The notes under the pieces: model-generated
Seen by the model: the letters and a program-made list of their open reading frames with translations, nothing else
What the model was told of the DNA's origin: nothing
Database searches by the model: none
Assembly (NCBI GenBank): GCA_965220965.1
Contig: OZ244852.1
Span: 1,472,001-1,536,000 of the forward strand
Reading direction: 5' to 3'
DNA length: 64,000 nt
From: Candidatus Marinacidobacterium sp.
GTDB lineage: Bacteria > Acidobacteriota > Vicinamibacteria > Marinacidobacterales > Marinacidobacteraceae
Translations under genes and position numbers: made by a program
Shown here: in pieces, positions 1-8,519 of the stretch
Layout: each line of letters begins with the position of its first letter
Numbering within the stretch: the first letter of the stretch is position 1

Positions 1-971
1 TCCGCAAGACCCAGACCCAGCTCGACGACATCGTCATCGAGCGCCTCCACCGGCCGCTCATCCGCAGCACGATGCTCGCCGGGGTCTATTTCGCGGTCGT
101 GACGGTGGACCTGCCGGCGGGCGTGGAGACGTGGATCGTCAACTTCATCCAGACGCTGGTCCTGATCGTCTGGACCGCGGCGCTGCTGCCACTGGTGGGC
201 GAAGTCATCCTCTGGATGAGCGGCCACCCGACGCGCTTTCCGGCGGTCCAGCCCGCCAGCCAGCCGCTCTTCCTGATCGCCGCGAACGTGGCGCTCGTCG
301 GGCTCGCCGCCTACATCGGGCTGGCGCTTTGGGAGATCGACGTGGCCGGCTGGGCGGCTTCGGTCGGGATCGTGGGCATCGCGGTCGGATTCGCGGCGCG
401 GGACACGCTCGCCAACCTGTTCGCCGGGGTCTCGATCCTCGCTGACACCCCGTACCGGATCGGCGACTACATCGTGCTCGCGGACGGCTCGCAGTTGCGC
501 GGCGAGGTCCGCCACATCGGCCTGCGGAGCACGCGGATCGTCACCCGCGACGAGATCGAGATCACGATCCCGAACGCGACGATCGCCAACAGCACCGTCA
601 TCAACGAGAGCGGCGGACCGAACATCCAGCAGCGGATCCGGCTGAAGGTCGGCGTCGCCTACGGCAGCGACGTGGAGCGGGTGCGCGAGGTCCTCGTCGA
701 GGTGGCGCGTTCCGAGCCGCTCGTCTGCGAGGAGCCGGCGCCGCGGATCCGGTTCCGGGAGTTCGGGGAGTCCTCGCTGAACTTCGAGCTGCTCGCCTGG
801 ATCGAGACCGCCGAACAGCGCGGGCGCGCCATCGACGCGCTCCACATGCGGGCCTACCGGGCGCTCGCGGAGGCCGGCATCGAGATCCCCTTCCCCCAGC
901 GGGTCGTGCGGTTCGTGCCTTCCGAGGGCAAGCCGCCCGGCGGCCCCCACCCCGACCCCGACCCCGACTGA
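1..971 (+). CDS. mscS: Small-conductance mechanosensitive channel (MscS family), 5'-truncated by the window edge
   Basis: TM helices followed by GFAARDTLANLFAG, RIGDYI, GEVRHIGLRSTRI and GIEIPFPQR. The frame is open upstream of ATG 72. Confidence 0.9.
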   Translation, partial: RKTQTQLDDIVIERLHRPLIRSTMLAGVYFAVVTVDLPAGVETWIVNFIQTLVLIVWTAALLPLVGEVILWMSGHPTRFPAVQPASQPLFLIAANVALVGLAAYIGLALWEIDVAGWAASVGIVGIAVGFAARDTLANLFAGVSILADTPYRIGDYIVLADGSQLRGEVRHIGLRSTRIVTRDEIEITIPNATIANSTVINESGGPNIQQRIRLKVGVAYGSDVERVREVLVEVARSEPLVCEEPAPRIRFREFGESSLNFELLAWIETAEQRGRAIDALHMRAYRALAEAGIEIPFPQRVVRFVPSEGKPPGGPHPDPDPD

Positions 972-1002
972 GGCCGTTCCGTCCCCCGTCGGGGGCCGCG
1001 GG

Positions 1003-2259
1003 TCAGGCCTCGACCGCGACCTCGGCGCCCAGCGACCGCAGCCGCTCGGGCAGGTTCGCGTAGCCCCGCCGCACAGTCTCCAGCGGGCTGATCCGGCTCT
1101 CGCCGTCGGCCGCGAGCGCCGCCGCGATGAGCGCCATGCCGGACCGGATGTCGCGCGAGTCCAGCTTGCGCCCCCGGAGCGGCGTCGCGCCGTCGACGAG
1201 GATGCGGTGCGGATCGCACAGGAAGAGGCTCGCGCCCATGCTGCTGAGCTGCTCGAGCGCGAAGAGCCGCAGCTCGTACATCCAGTCGTGCATGAGCGTT
1301 CGTCCCTCGGCCTGGGTGGCGAGCACGGTGACCAGGCTGACCAGGTCCGTCGGGAACCCGGGCCACGGGGCGGTCGTGATCCGATGGGCGGCGCGGAGCC
1401 TCGACGGGGAGACGACGAGCCGGTCCTCTTCGACCTCGAGGTGGACGTCCATGCGGCCGAGCACCGCGGTGATGGGCTCGAGATCGCGGACGGCGGCGCC
1501 GCGCACCTCGATCTCGCCCCCGGTGATCGCGGCGACCACCGCCCAGCTTCCCGCCTCGATGGCGTCGCCGCGGATCCGGTGTTCCGCTCCGCGGGGGCGC
1601 GTTCCCCCGGTCACGCGGACGGCCGGGGTGCCGGCGCCTTCGACCGCAATCCCCATGCTCCGGAGGCAGGCGCAGAGCTCCGCCACGTGCGGCTCGCAGG
1701 CGGCGTTCCGGATCTCGGTCGTCCCGTCCGCCCCGGCGGCGGCGAGAATCGCGGTCTCGGTGGCGGTGACCGACGCCTCCGGGAGGTAGAACGACGCCGC
1801 CCGCAATCCGTCCGGGGCTTCGAAGACATGCGGGTCGCCCGGCTCGTCCCGGACGCCGAGCGCCCGCAGCGCCTGGACGTGGGTGGACATCGCGCGGCGG
1901 CTCGGGAAGTCGCCTCCCGGGGCGGCGAGGCTCGCCCGCCCGAGGCGCGCCAGCAGCGGCCCGGCGAGGAGCACCGAGCCGCGCATCCGGCCCACCAGCC
2001 GTGGATCGGGCTCGTGGCTCCGGACGCCGGCGCAGCGGACCCGGACCGTCGTGGTCCCGACGCCCTCGACCTCGGCGCCCAGCCCCTCGAGCAGCTCCGC
2101 CATGACCCGGACATCGGCGATCCGCGGCATGTTCGAGAGCGTCACCGTCTCGTCGGTCAGCAGACAGGCTGCGAGAAGCGGCAGCGCGGCGTTCTTGTTG
2201 CCCTCGACCCGGACGGATCCGGACAGCGGGCGGCCGCCTTCGACGAGCAGGGTCGACAT
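1003..2259 (-). CDS. murA: UDP-N-acetylglucosamine 1-carboxyvinyltransferase
   Basis: GNKNAALP, RMRGSVLL, TAPWPGFPTD and DIRSG motifs; adjacent to murB. Confidence 0.95.
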   Translation of the reverse strand: MSTLLVEGGRPLSGSVRVEGNKNAALPLLAACLLTDETVTLSNMPRIADVRVMAELLEGLGAEVEGVGTTTVRVRCAGVRSHEPDPRLVGRMRGSVLLAGPLLARLGRASLAAPGGDFPSRRAMSTHVQALRALGVRDEPGDPHVFEAPDGLRAASFYLPEASVTATETAILAAAGADGTTEIRNAACEPHVAELCACLRSMGIAVEGAGTPAVRVTGGTRPRGAEHRIRGDAIEAGSWAVVAAITGGEIEVRGAAVRDLEPITAVLGRMDVHLEVEEDRLVVSPSRLRAAHRITTAPWPGFPTDLVSLVTVLATQAEGRTLMHDWMYELRLFALEQLSSMGASLFLCDPHRILVDGATPLRGRKLDSRDIRSGMALIAAALAADGESRISPLETVRRGYANLPERLRSLGAEVAVEA

Positions 2260-2277
2260 GGTCTGGGCGTCCTCCGA

Positions 2278-3240
2278 TCAGGACGGGGCGCCGGACTCCC
2301 CGAGGAACACGATCTCCGGCGCCAGCGCGACGCCGTACTTCGCGGCGACCGCGTCCTGGCAGCGCTCGATGAGGGCGCGGACATCGCTTGCGGTGGCGCC
2401 GGGCGCGGTGACGATGAAGTTGGCGTGCCGGCGGGACACCTCCGCGCCGCCGACGGCGCTTCCCTTGAGGCCGGCGCGGTCGATCAGCGCCCCCGCCGAA
2501 CACGGGGTCCCCTCCGGGAGGCTCACCTCGGCCGGGTCGGGGTTGCGGAAGACGCATCCGGCGCTCGGCTTCCGGAGCGGCTGGGTGCGCTTGCGGAACC
2601 GCACCGAGGCTCGGGCGGTGTCGCGCAGGTCGGACGCCGCGCCATCGGTCACCCGGAAATCCGCCGCGAGGACGAGCTCGCCGGTCGACTGGATGCGGCT
2701 TCGTCCATAGGCGAACTCCATTTCGTCGGCCGCGACGCGCGGCGCCTGACCGTCCGGCCCCAGCAGCGTGACCCCGGCGATGTGCTCGCCGACGCCCCGT
2801 CCGCCGAAGTGCGCGTTGCCGGCGACCGCGCCTCCGATGGTCCCCGGCGTGCCCGCCCAGCTCTCGAGGCCGGCGAGACCCCGGTGGATCGTCCAGCGGA
2901 CGAGGCCGTTCACGGTGGCGCCGGCCGAGGCGCGGACGAGCCCGTGCTCCGTCTGCTCGATCCCCCCGTGGCGCCACCGAACCACGAGTCCCCGGATCCC
3001 GGCGTCGCTGACGAGCGCGTTCGAGCCGCCGCCGAGCAGCGTGAGGGGAAGTCCCAGCTCACGGGCTGCAACCACGGCGGCCGCGACCTCCTCCGGAGAC
3101 CGGGCGTCGAGGAACCAGTCCGCCGGTCCGCCGACCCGGAGCGTGGTCAGCGGGGCCAGCGGTTCGTCGCGCCGGAGCCGGCCCGGTTCCCATCCCGGTT
3201 CGATGACTCGGTGGAGTCGCGCGTCGAGTTCCCGCGCCAC
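2278..3240 (-). CDS. murB: UDP-N-acetylenolpyruvoylglucosamine reductase
   Basis: TTLRVGGPAD, LGGGSN, PGTIGGAVAGNA, YGRSRI, PSAGCVFRNP and HANFIV. GTG start at 3240 is inferred. Confidence 0.93.
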   Translation of the reverse strand: MARELDARLHRVIEPGWEPGRLRRDEPLAPLTTLRVGGPADWFLDARSPEEVAAAVVAARELGLPLTLLGGGSNALVSDAGIRGLVVRWRHGGIEQTEHGLVRASAGATVNGLVRWTIHRGLAGLESWAGTPGTIGGAVAGNAHFGGRGVGEHIAGVTLLGPDGQAPRVAADEMEFAYGRSRIQSTGELVLAADFRVTDGAASDLRDTARASVRFRKRTQPLRKPSAGCVFRNPDPAEVSLPEGTPCSAGALIDRAGLKGSAVGGAEVSRRHANFIVTAPGATASDVRALIERCQDAVAAKYGVALAPEIVFLGESGAPS

Positions 3241-3369
3241 CGCCCCGTTCGCGGTCCCCCGTGGGTCGTGATCCCGGGGGCGAGGCGTCGTCAACTTCTT
3301 CGGAAGGCCGGGTGGTGCGGCCGCGGCCAGATCCTGCGGAACCTTACGCTTCCCTTCGGACGCTGCGGC

Positions 3370-4869
3370 ATGACGGAGAAGAACCCCGGCCCCGACGCTT
3401 CCGGCGCCGTTCTGATCACCGGCGCCTCGGGCTACATCGGCGGGCGGCTGCTCGCCGCGCTCGAGCCGTCGGGACTCCGCATCCGGTGCCTCAGCCGCCA
3501 TCCCGAGGACCTGAGGCCGCGCGTCGGGGCGCAGACCGAAGTCGTGCGGGGCGATGTCCTCGACGAAGACTCGCTGGTTCCGGCGCTCGCGGGGGTGCGC
3601 GTCGCGTACTACCTGGTCCACTCGATGGCGGCCGCCGGGGACTTCCGGGAGCTGGACCTGAAGGCCGCCCGCATCTTCGGCCGGGTGGCGAAGCAGACGG
3701 GCGTCGCGCGGATCATCTACCTCGGCGGCCTCGGCTCGGGTCCGGGGCTCTCGGCCCACCTGGCGAGCCGGCAGGAAGTCGGCCGGGCGCTCCGGGAGTC
3801 GGGCGTTCCGACGCTCGAGCTAAGAGCCTCGATCATCCTCGGGTCCGCGAGCCTCTCGTTCGAGATCGTGCGGACGCTGGTGGAGCGGCTGCCGGTCATG
3901 GTGACGCCCCGCTGGACTCGCACCCTCGCCCAGCCCATCGCGGTCGAGGACGTGATCGCGTATCTGGTGGCCGGGATGGATGTCGATCTGCCCGAGAGCG
4001 CAGTGTGCGAGATCGGCGGGGCCGACCGGATCTCCTACCTGGGTCTGCTCCGGGAGTACGCCCGGCTTCGCGGCCTCCGCCGCATCATCCTCCCGGTCCC
4101 GGTCCTGACGCCCCGGCTCTCGAGCCTTTGGCTGGGGCTCGTCACGCCGGTCTACGCCCGGGTGGGGCGCAGTCTCATCGAGGGGGTGCGAAACGAGACC
4201 GTGGTGCGCGACGAGGCGGCGCTCCGCAAGTTCCCGGTCGAGCCGATGAGCGCGGCGCGCGCCCTCGAGCGGGCGCTCGCCAACGAGGACGAGGACATCG
4301 CGCGGACCCGCTGGTCGGACGCCTACCCGGCGCTGCGGGGTGACGCCCGGTGGGGCGGCGAGCGCTTCGGCGCGCGGATCGTGGAGTCGCGGACCGTCGT
4401 CGTGGAGGCGCCGGCGGACCGGGTGTTTCGTCGGGTCGAGGCGATCGGCGGCGCGACCGGCTGGTACTACGCCAACTGGCTGTGGCGGCTGCGCGGGTTC
4501 CTCGATCTGCTGGTGGGGGGCGTCGGCCTCCGGCGCGGCCGGCGGGACCCGGCGCGGCTGCGCGTCGGCGACGCGCTGGATTTCTGGCGGGTGGAGCTGG
4601 TGGAGCCCGGACGCCGGCTACGGCTGCGGGCCGAGATGATCCTCCCGGGACGGGCCTGGCTGGAGTTCGAGGTCGAGCCGGGCGAAGGGCGCTGCACGCT
4701 GCGGCAGACCGCCGAGTTCGACCCCTCGGGCTGGCTCGGGCATCTCTACTGGTACGCGCTCTACCCGCTCCACGGGCTGATCTTCGGGAACATGGTGAAG
4801 AACATCGCGCGGGCGGCGGCTTCGGACGCCGCCGGGGAAGGCGGGGGCGGCTCGCTTCCGAAGCGCTGA
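3370..4869 (+). CDS. Atypical SDR/NAD(P)-binding protein with C-terminal DUF2867 (YbjT-like)
   Basis: ITGASGYIGG Rossmann motif, YYLVHSM, and C-terminal GDALDFWRVE...LPGRAWLEF. Confidence 0.85.
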   Translation: MTEKNPGPDASGAVLITGASGYIGGRLLAALEPSGLRIRCLSRHPEDLRPRVGAQTEVVRGDVLDEDSLVPALAGVRVAYYLVHSMAAAGDFRELDLKAARIFGRVAKQTGVARIIYLGGLGSGPGLSAHLASRQEVGRALRESGVPTLELRASIILGSASLSFEIVRTLVERLPVMVTPRWTRTLAQPIAVEDVIAYLVAGMDVDLPESAVCEIGGADRISYLGLLREYARLRGLRRIILPVPVLTPRLSSLWLGLVTPVYARVGRSLIEGVRNETVVRDEAALRKFPVEPMSAARALERALANEDEDIARTRWSDAYPALRGDARWGGERFGARIVESRTVVVEAPADRVFRRVEAIGGATGWYYANWLWRLRGFLDLLVGGVGLRRGRRDPARLRVGDALDFWRVELVEPGRRLRLRAEMILPGRAWLEFEVEPGEGRCTLRQTAEFDPSGWLGHLYWYALYPLHGLIFGNMVKNIARAAASDAAGEGGGGSLPKR

Positions 4870-4879
4870 CAGGGGGCGG

Positions 4880-4953
4880 CGTTGCAAAGCCGCAGTCGAT
4901 TGCGTTGCGAATGCGCAGTCCAAAACGTTGCGAACGCGTAGTTGGATCGTTAC
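4880..4953 (+). repeat. Three imperfect 22-23 bp tandem repeats plus a partial fourth (CGTTGCRAA..CGYAGT...), putative operator array
   Basis: Units start at 4880 cgttgcaaagccgcagtcgattg, 4903 cgttgcgaatgcgcagtccaaaa, 4926 cgttgcgaacgcgtagttggat and 4948 cgttac. Confidence 0.7.
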
Positions 4954-4983
4954 GGTCGTCAGACCGGAGACCGCGAATCAACC

Positions 4984-6273
4984 ATGAACCCGCCCCCGAC
5001 GCGCGAATACTGGCCCCGCATCGCGGATGAGAGCCTGCGGCGGATCCTGCGCCGCTCGGGCGCGGTCGTCATCGAGGGCCCGCGGGCCTGCGGCAAGACA
5101 GCCACCGCCCTCCAGGTCGCGGCGAGCCAGGTCCTGCTCGACCGCGACGCCCAGGCGCGCGCCGCAGCCGCTGTCGATCCGGGCCTGATCCTCGCAGGGG
5201 AGACGCCGCGCCTGATCGACGAGTGGCAGCTCGTTCCGGCGGTCTGGAACCACGTCCGGCGCGCGGTGGACGACCGGCCCGGACGCGGCCACTTCATCCT
5301 GACCGGGTCCGCGGTCCCCCCCGACGACTCCACCCGGCATTCCGGAGCGGGCCGGGTGACGCGCCTCCGGCTGCGGCCCATGTCGCTCATGGAACTGCGG
5401 CGATCCAGCGGGAACGTCTCGCTGGCCTCACTCCTCGCCGGAGGCCCGGCGTCCGGCGGAGCGGCGCTGCTCGACACCCGGGAACTGGCCGAGCTGATCT
5501 GCGTCGGCGGCTGGCCCGGCCACCTGGGATCGCCGGCGGGCGAGGCCCCGCTCACGCCCGGCGACGCCATCGCCCGGAACCGGGCCTACCTGGACGAGGT
5601 TCGCCACACCGATGTTCGCCGGGTGGACGGCGTGGCGCGCGACCCGGTGCGACTGGGCCGCCTCCTCGAGTCCCTGGCGCACAACGTTGCGACAAGCGCA
5701 AGGTTGTCCACCCTCGCCCGGGATACGGCTGGCGCGGAGGGAGCGGTGAACGAACGCACGGTCTCCGCCTACCACCAGGCCCTCACGCGCCTCATGGTCG
5801 TGGAGGACCAGCCGCCCTGGACGCCGGACCTCCGCTCGTGTTCGCGTCTCCGGATGGCGCCAAAGCGCCACTTCGCCGACCCCTCGCTCGCGGTCGCGGC
5901 GCTGAAGGCGAGCCCCGAACACCTGCTGCGCGATTTCGAGTGGTTCGGTCTGCTGTTCGAGTCGCTCGTCGTGCGGGATCTCCGGGCCTACGCCCAAGCC
6001 TCGGAGGCCGGCGTCTTCCACTACCGCGACAACACCGGTCTCGAAGTGGACGCCATCGTGGATGCGGGTCCAGGGCGCTGGGCCGCCTTCGAGATCAAGC
6101 TGGGCGCCAGCCGGATCGATGACGCCGCCCGCACGCTGCTGCGGTTCGCCGAGCGCGTCGACCCCCGACACGTCGGGGAACCCGCCGCGCTGGGCGTGAT
6201 CGTCGGGAGCGGCTACGCCTACACGCGCCCGGACGGGGTCAGCGTCATTCCGGTCGCGGCGCTCGGGCCGTAG
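4984..6273 (+). CDS. AAA+ ATPase (AAA_14) with C-terminal DUF4143 nuclease-like domain
   Basis: Walker A GPRACGKT, Walker B LIDEWQ, FILTGS, HSGAGR, and C-terminal FHYRD..GLEVDAIV..AFEIK. Confidence 0.9.
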   Translation: MNPPPTREYWPRIADESLRRILRRSGAVVIEGPRACGKTATALQVAASQVLLDRDAQARAAAAVDPGLILAGETPRLIDEWQLVPAVWNHVRRAVDDRPGRGHFILTGSAVPPDDSTRHSGAGRVTRLRLRPMSLMELRRSSGNVSLASLLAGGPASGGAALLDTRELAELICVGGWPGHLGSPAGEAPLTPGDAIARNRAYLDEVRHTDVRRVDGVARDPVRLGRLLESLAHNVATSARLSTLARDTAGAEGAVNERTVSAYHQALTRLMVVEDQPPWTPDLRSCSRLRMAPKRHFADPSLAVAALKASPEHLLRDFEWFGLLFESLVVRDLRAYAQASEAGVFHYRDNTGLEVDAIVDAGPGRWAAFEIKLGASRIDDAARTLLRFAERVDPRHVGEPAALGVIVGSGYAYTRPDGVSVIPVAALGP

Positions 6274-6402
6274 CGAACAAGGACCGACCTAGAGCTCGCG
6301 CTGGCGAATCGGATCACCCCCGCCGAGGCGCCCCTCCGCGCGGTGTCGTGCGAACCGCAGCTCTGTGTGATCAGCGATCGACGGGGGTTCTGGTTCTCCT
6401 CC

Positions 6403-7158
6403 CTACTCATCGCCGAGATGCTCTCGGATGATCTCGATCAACCGCGATGCCCCGATCCACGGCTCGGCGTACTTGTCGCCATGCCTCCATCTGATCCTCC
6501 AACCAGGAGTGTCGGCTCCAAAGCAGTTCAGGTCGACGGTGTCTCGGTCGATCTCGCAGCTCGCGTCAACGTCGTGTGCGTGCTCGGCAAAGGCGCTCGA
6601 CCACATGTGATCCCGGAGATCCGGCCACTCGTCGAGCGTCGTCAGCAAGTGGTAGAGGTCCCCAAATCCTGGCGAGAAATCGTAGAAGTCCCTCTCTGCA
6701 TTGGCGTTTCTTTCGATCTCCTCTTCAACAAGGCTGCATATTACGTGCGCCACGTCTCGGCGCTGCAAGACTAGACGGCGGACTCCTTCCAGTATGTCGC
6801 CATACGAGGCAATCACTCGTACGCCATAGTCATTCCACAGGTCCAGAGATTCTCCGTCAAGTCTGAAGTAGTACACGTGAATGATCATCCCAAGAAGACA
6901 CTTTAGTTGCACCTTCTTTCTCTTGCCTTCGCCGTCTCTTGCGTCCACGCACCAGCCGCAAAGACGAGCAGGTAGCTTGCCGGCCCTCTCCGCCCGCCAT
7001 AGCGTTGTCGCGATATCGCGTGCCGGCAGTATGAGCGCCTTGAACTCATACATTCTCTTTGTGGCCTGCACATCCGATCCGATCGGCAAGCTAAGTCTTG
7101 CGACCTGAAGGCGCGGCAGACTGTCTCGCAACAGCTCAACCTGGGATTTCAGGAGCAA
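6403..7158 (-). CDS. Hypothetical protein, 251 aa, lower GC than its neighbours
   Basis: TTG start preceded by GGAGGA; protein-like composition; no recognisable motif. Confidence 0.65.
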   Translation of the reverse strand: MLLKSQVELLRDSLPRLQVARLSLPIGSDVQATKRMYEFKALILPARDIATTLWRAERAGKLPARLCGWCVDARDGEGKRKKVQLKCLLGMIIHVYYFRLDGESLDLWNDYGVRVIASYGDILEGVRRLVLQRRDVAHVICSLVEEEIERNANAERDFYDFSPGFGDLYHLLTTLDEWPDLRDHMWSSAFAEHAHDVDASCEIDRDTVDLNCFGADTPGWRIRWRHGDKYAEPWIGASRLIEIIREHLGDE

Positions 7159-7221
7159 TGAGGGTTTCCTCCCTGCCGTCCAACTGATTCACAACTCATG
7201 AGTACATCCGACCGGATCTCC

Positions 7222-8391
7222 TCACTGAACGATCGGAACCGCGCCGAAGCGCCCGAGGAGGTAGTCCTCGGTCAGCGCCTCGCGCCGATGACGGCGGAAG
7301 TCCGAGAGCGGCGTGAGCGCGGCCGCCTCGGTGGCGCGGTCCTTCTCCGTGAACCAGACCTGGCCTCGATGGAGGCAGTCGGCATCCAGGAGCGTCGCAT
7401 CGTGCAGCGTGGCGACGAGTTGCGCCCCCTCGCTTTCACTGGGGCCCGCGGGTCGGTTGATGTAGTGGACGAGCCAGCGCAGAAGAAGCGGATGCTGGCT
7501 CGAGTCGAGGTCATCCACGACGAGCGTGAGCCCGTTGGACCGGGCCTCGAGCCACGACGGCGCGAGACGGAACACGGCGCCGGCGCCGGCGGATTCCTGG
7601 TCGATGTCCACATACTCGATGGATTCGCCGCATCTCGGCAAGTGGCCGAACGCGGGTCCGGTGTCCTCGGTGGCCTCGATATCGACCACCGGCAGGTCGC
7701 AGGCCTGCAGAAACTCCAGGATCCGCTGTTTGCGCTCACCGCCGGCCATCACCTCCCTCCTCGCGCCGTACGGATTGAGCCGGGCGGCGAAGACGAGATG
7801 TCGCTCGAACCAACGGAACGGCGCAGCCAGCACCTCGCTGTCGAGGGTCGCGGCGACGGTGAACAGGAGGGAATCGGGTCGCGCGCATCCCTGCCACATG
7901 CGCTTCGGTCCGGGAACGGTCCGACCGAAGCGGAAGCGGTCTTCACCGCTGGCGGGATCGAAGGAGCGTGTCAGCAGCCTGCGCTTCCGTCCGCCGGGGA
8001 ACCAGCAGAAGAGCGCCTCGCTCATGACGCGCGCCTCGTGAACCGCGAACTCGTAGCGGTAGAGAACCCCGTCCTGGATGAAGCGGAACTCGAACGTCGT
8101 GGGCCTGGCCTGAGAGGCCGGATCGAAGCGGAACGGCGCAAACGGGAGGAGCCCCTCGGCGCGCGACACCGACCTCGTCACGAACCAGGCGGCCCGGTCC
8201 ATGGCTTCCACCAGGTAGGACTTCCCGCTGCCGTTCGGGCCGTAGATCGCGGAGACGCGGTTCAGGCGCGGCGCCCGCGCGACTCCGCTGTCGAGGGCGA
8301 AGAGGTCCGGCGTCTGGCCGACGGCTTCGAGATTCAGCTCCTGCCGGTCACGGAAGCACGCGTAGTTCTCGACGGCGAAGGAAACCAGCAT
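7222..8391 (-). CDS. ABC-type ATPase of the AAA_21 / RloA / AbiEii-like family
   Basis: MLVSFAVENYACFRD start, Walker A GPNGSGKS, signature-like ESAG, Walker B LVVDDLDSSQHP, QLVATLHD, and C-terminal YLLGRFGAVP. Confidence 0.85.
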   Translation of the reverse strand: MLVSFAVENYACFRDRQELNLEAVGQTPDLFALDSGVARAPRLNRVSAIYGPNGSGKSYLVEAMDRAAWFVTRSVSRAEGLLPFAPFRFDPASQARPTTFEFRFIQDGVLYRYEFAVHEARVMSEALFCWFPGGRKRRLLTRSFDPASGEDRFRFGRTVPGPKRMWQGCARPDSLLFTVAATLDSEVLAAPFRWFERHLVFAARLNPYGARREVMAGGERKQRILEFLQACDLPVVDIEATEDTGPAFGHLPRCGESIEYVDIDQESAGAGAVFRLAPSWLEARSNGLTLVVDDLDSSQHPLLLRWLVHYINRPAGPSESEGAQLVATLHDATLLDADCLHRGQVWFTEKDRATEAAALTPLSDFRRHRREALTEDYLLGRFGAVPIVQ

Positions 8392-8519
8392 GATGATCGC
8401 TCGCAGACTGCCATTATTGGCTCATGTGCGCCATCACTGCGCAGGAACGGCATCTTATCAGCACGTATCGTACGGTTTTGGCGGCCCGCCCCTCGCCCGG
8501 GACGACCGCGGCCTCAGGC

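Noticed and set aside
1207-3369. Apparent 1220-aa fusion ORF 1207-4869
   Set aside because: The N-terminal part is the antisense of murA/murB; the real gene starts at about 3370.
4880-4953. Tandem repeats as a mini-CRISPR array
   Set aside because: The units are contiguous, degenerate and lack spacers, and there are no cas genes. Kept as an operator-like array.
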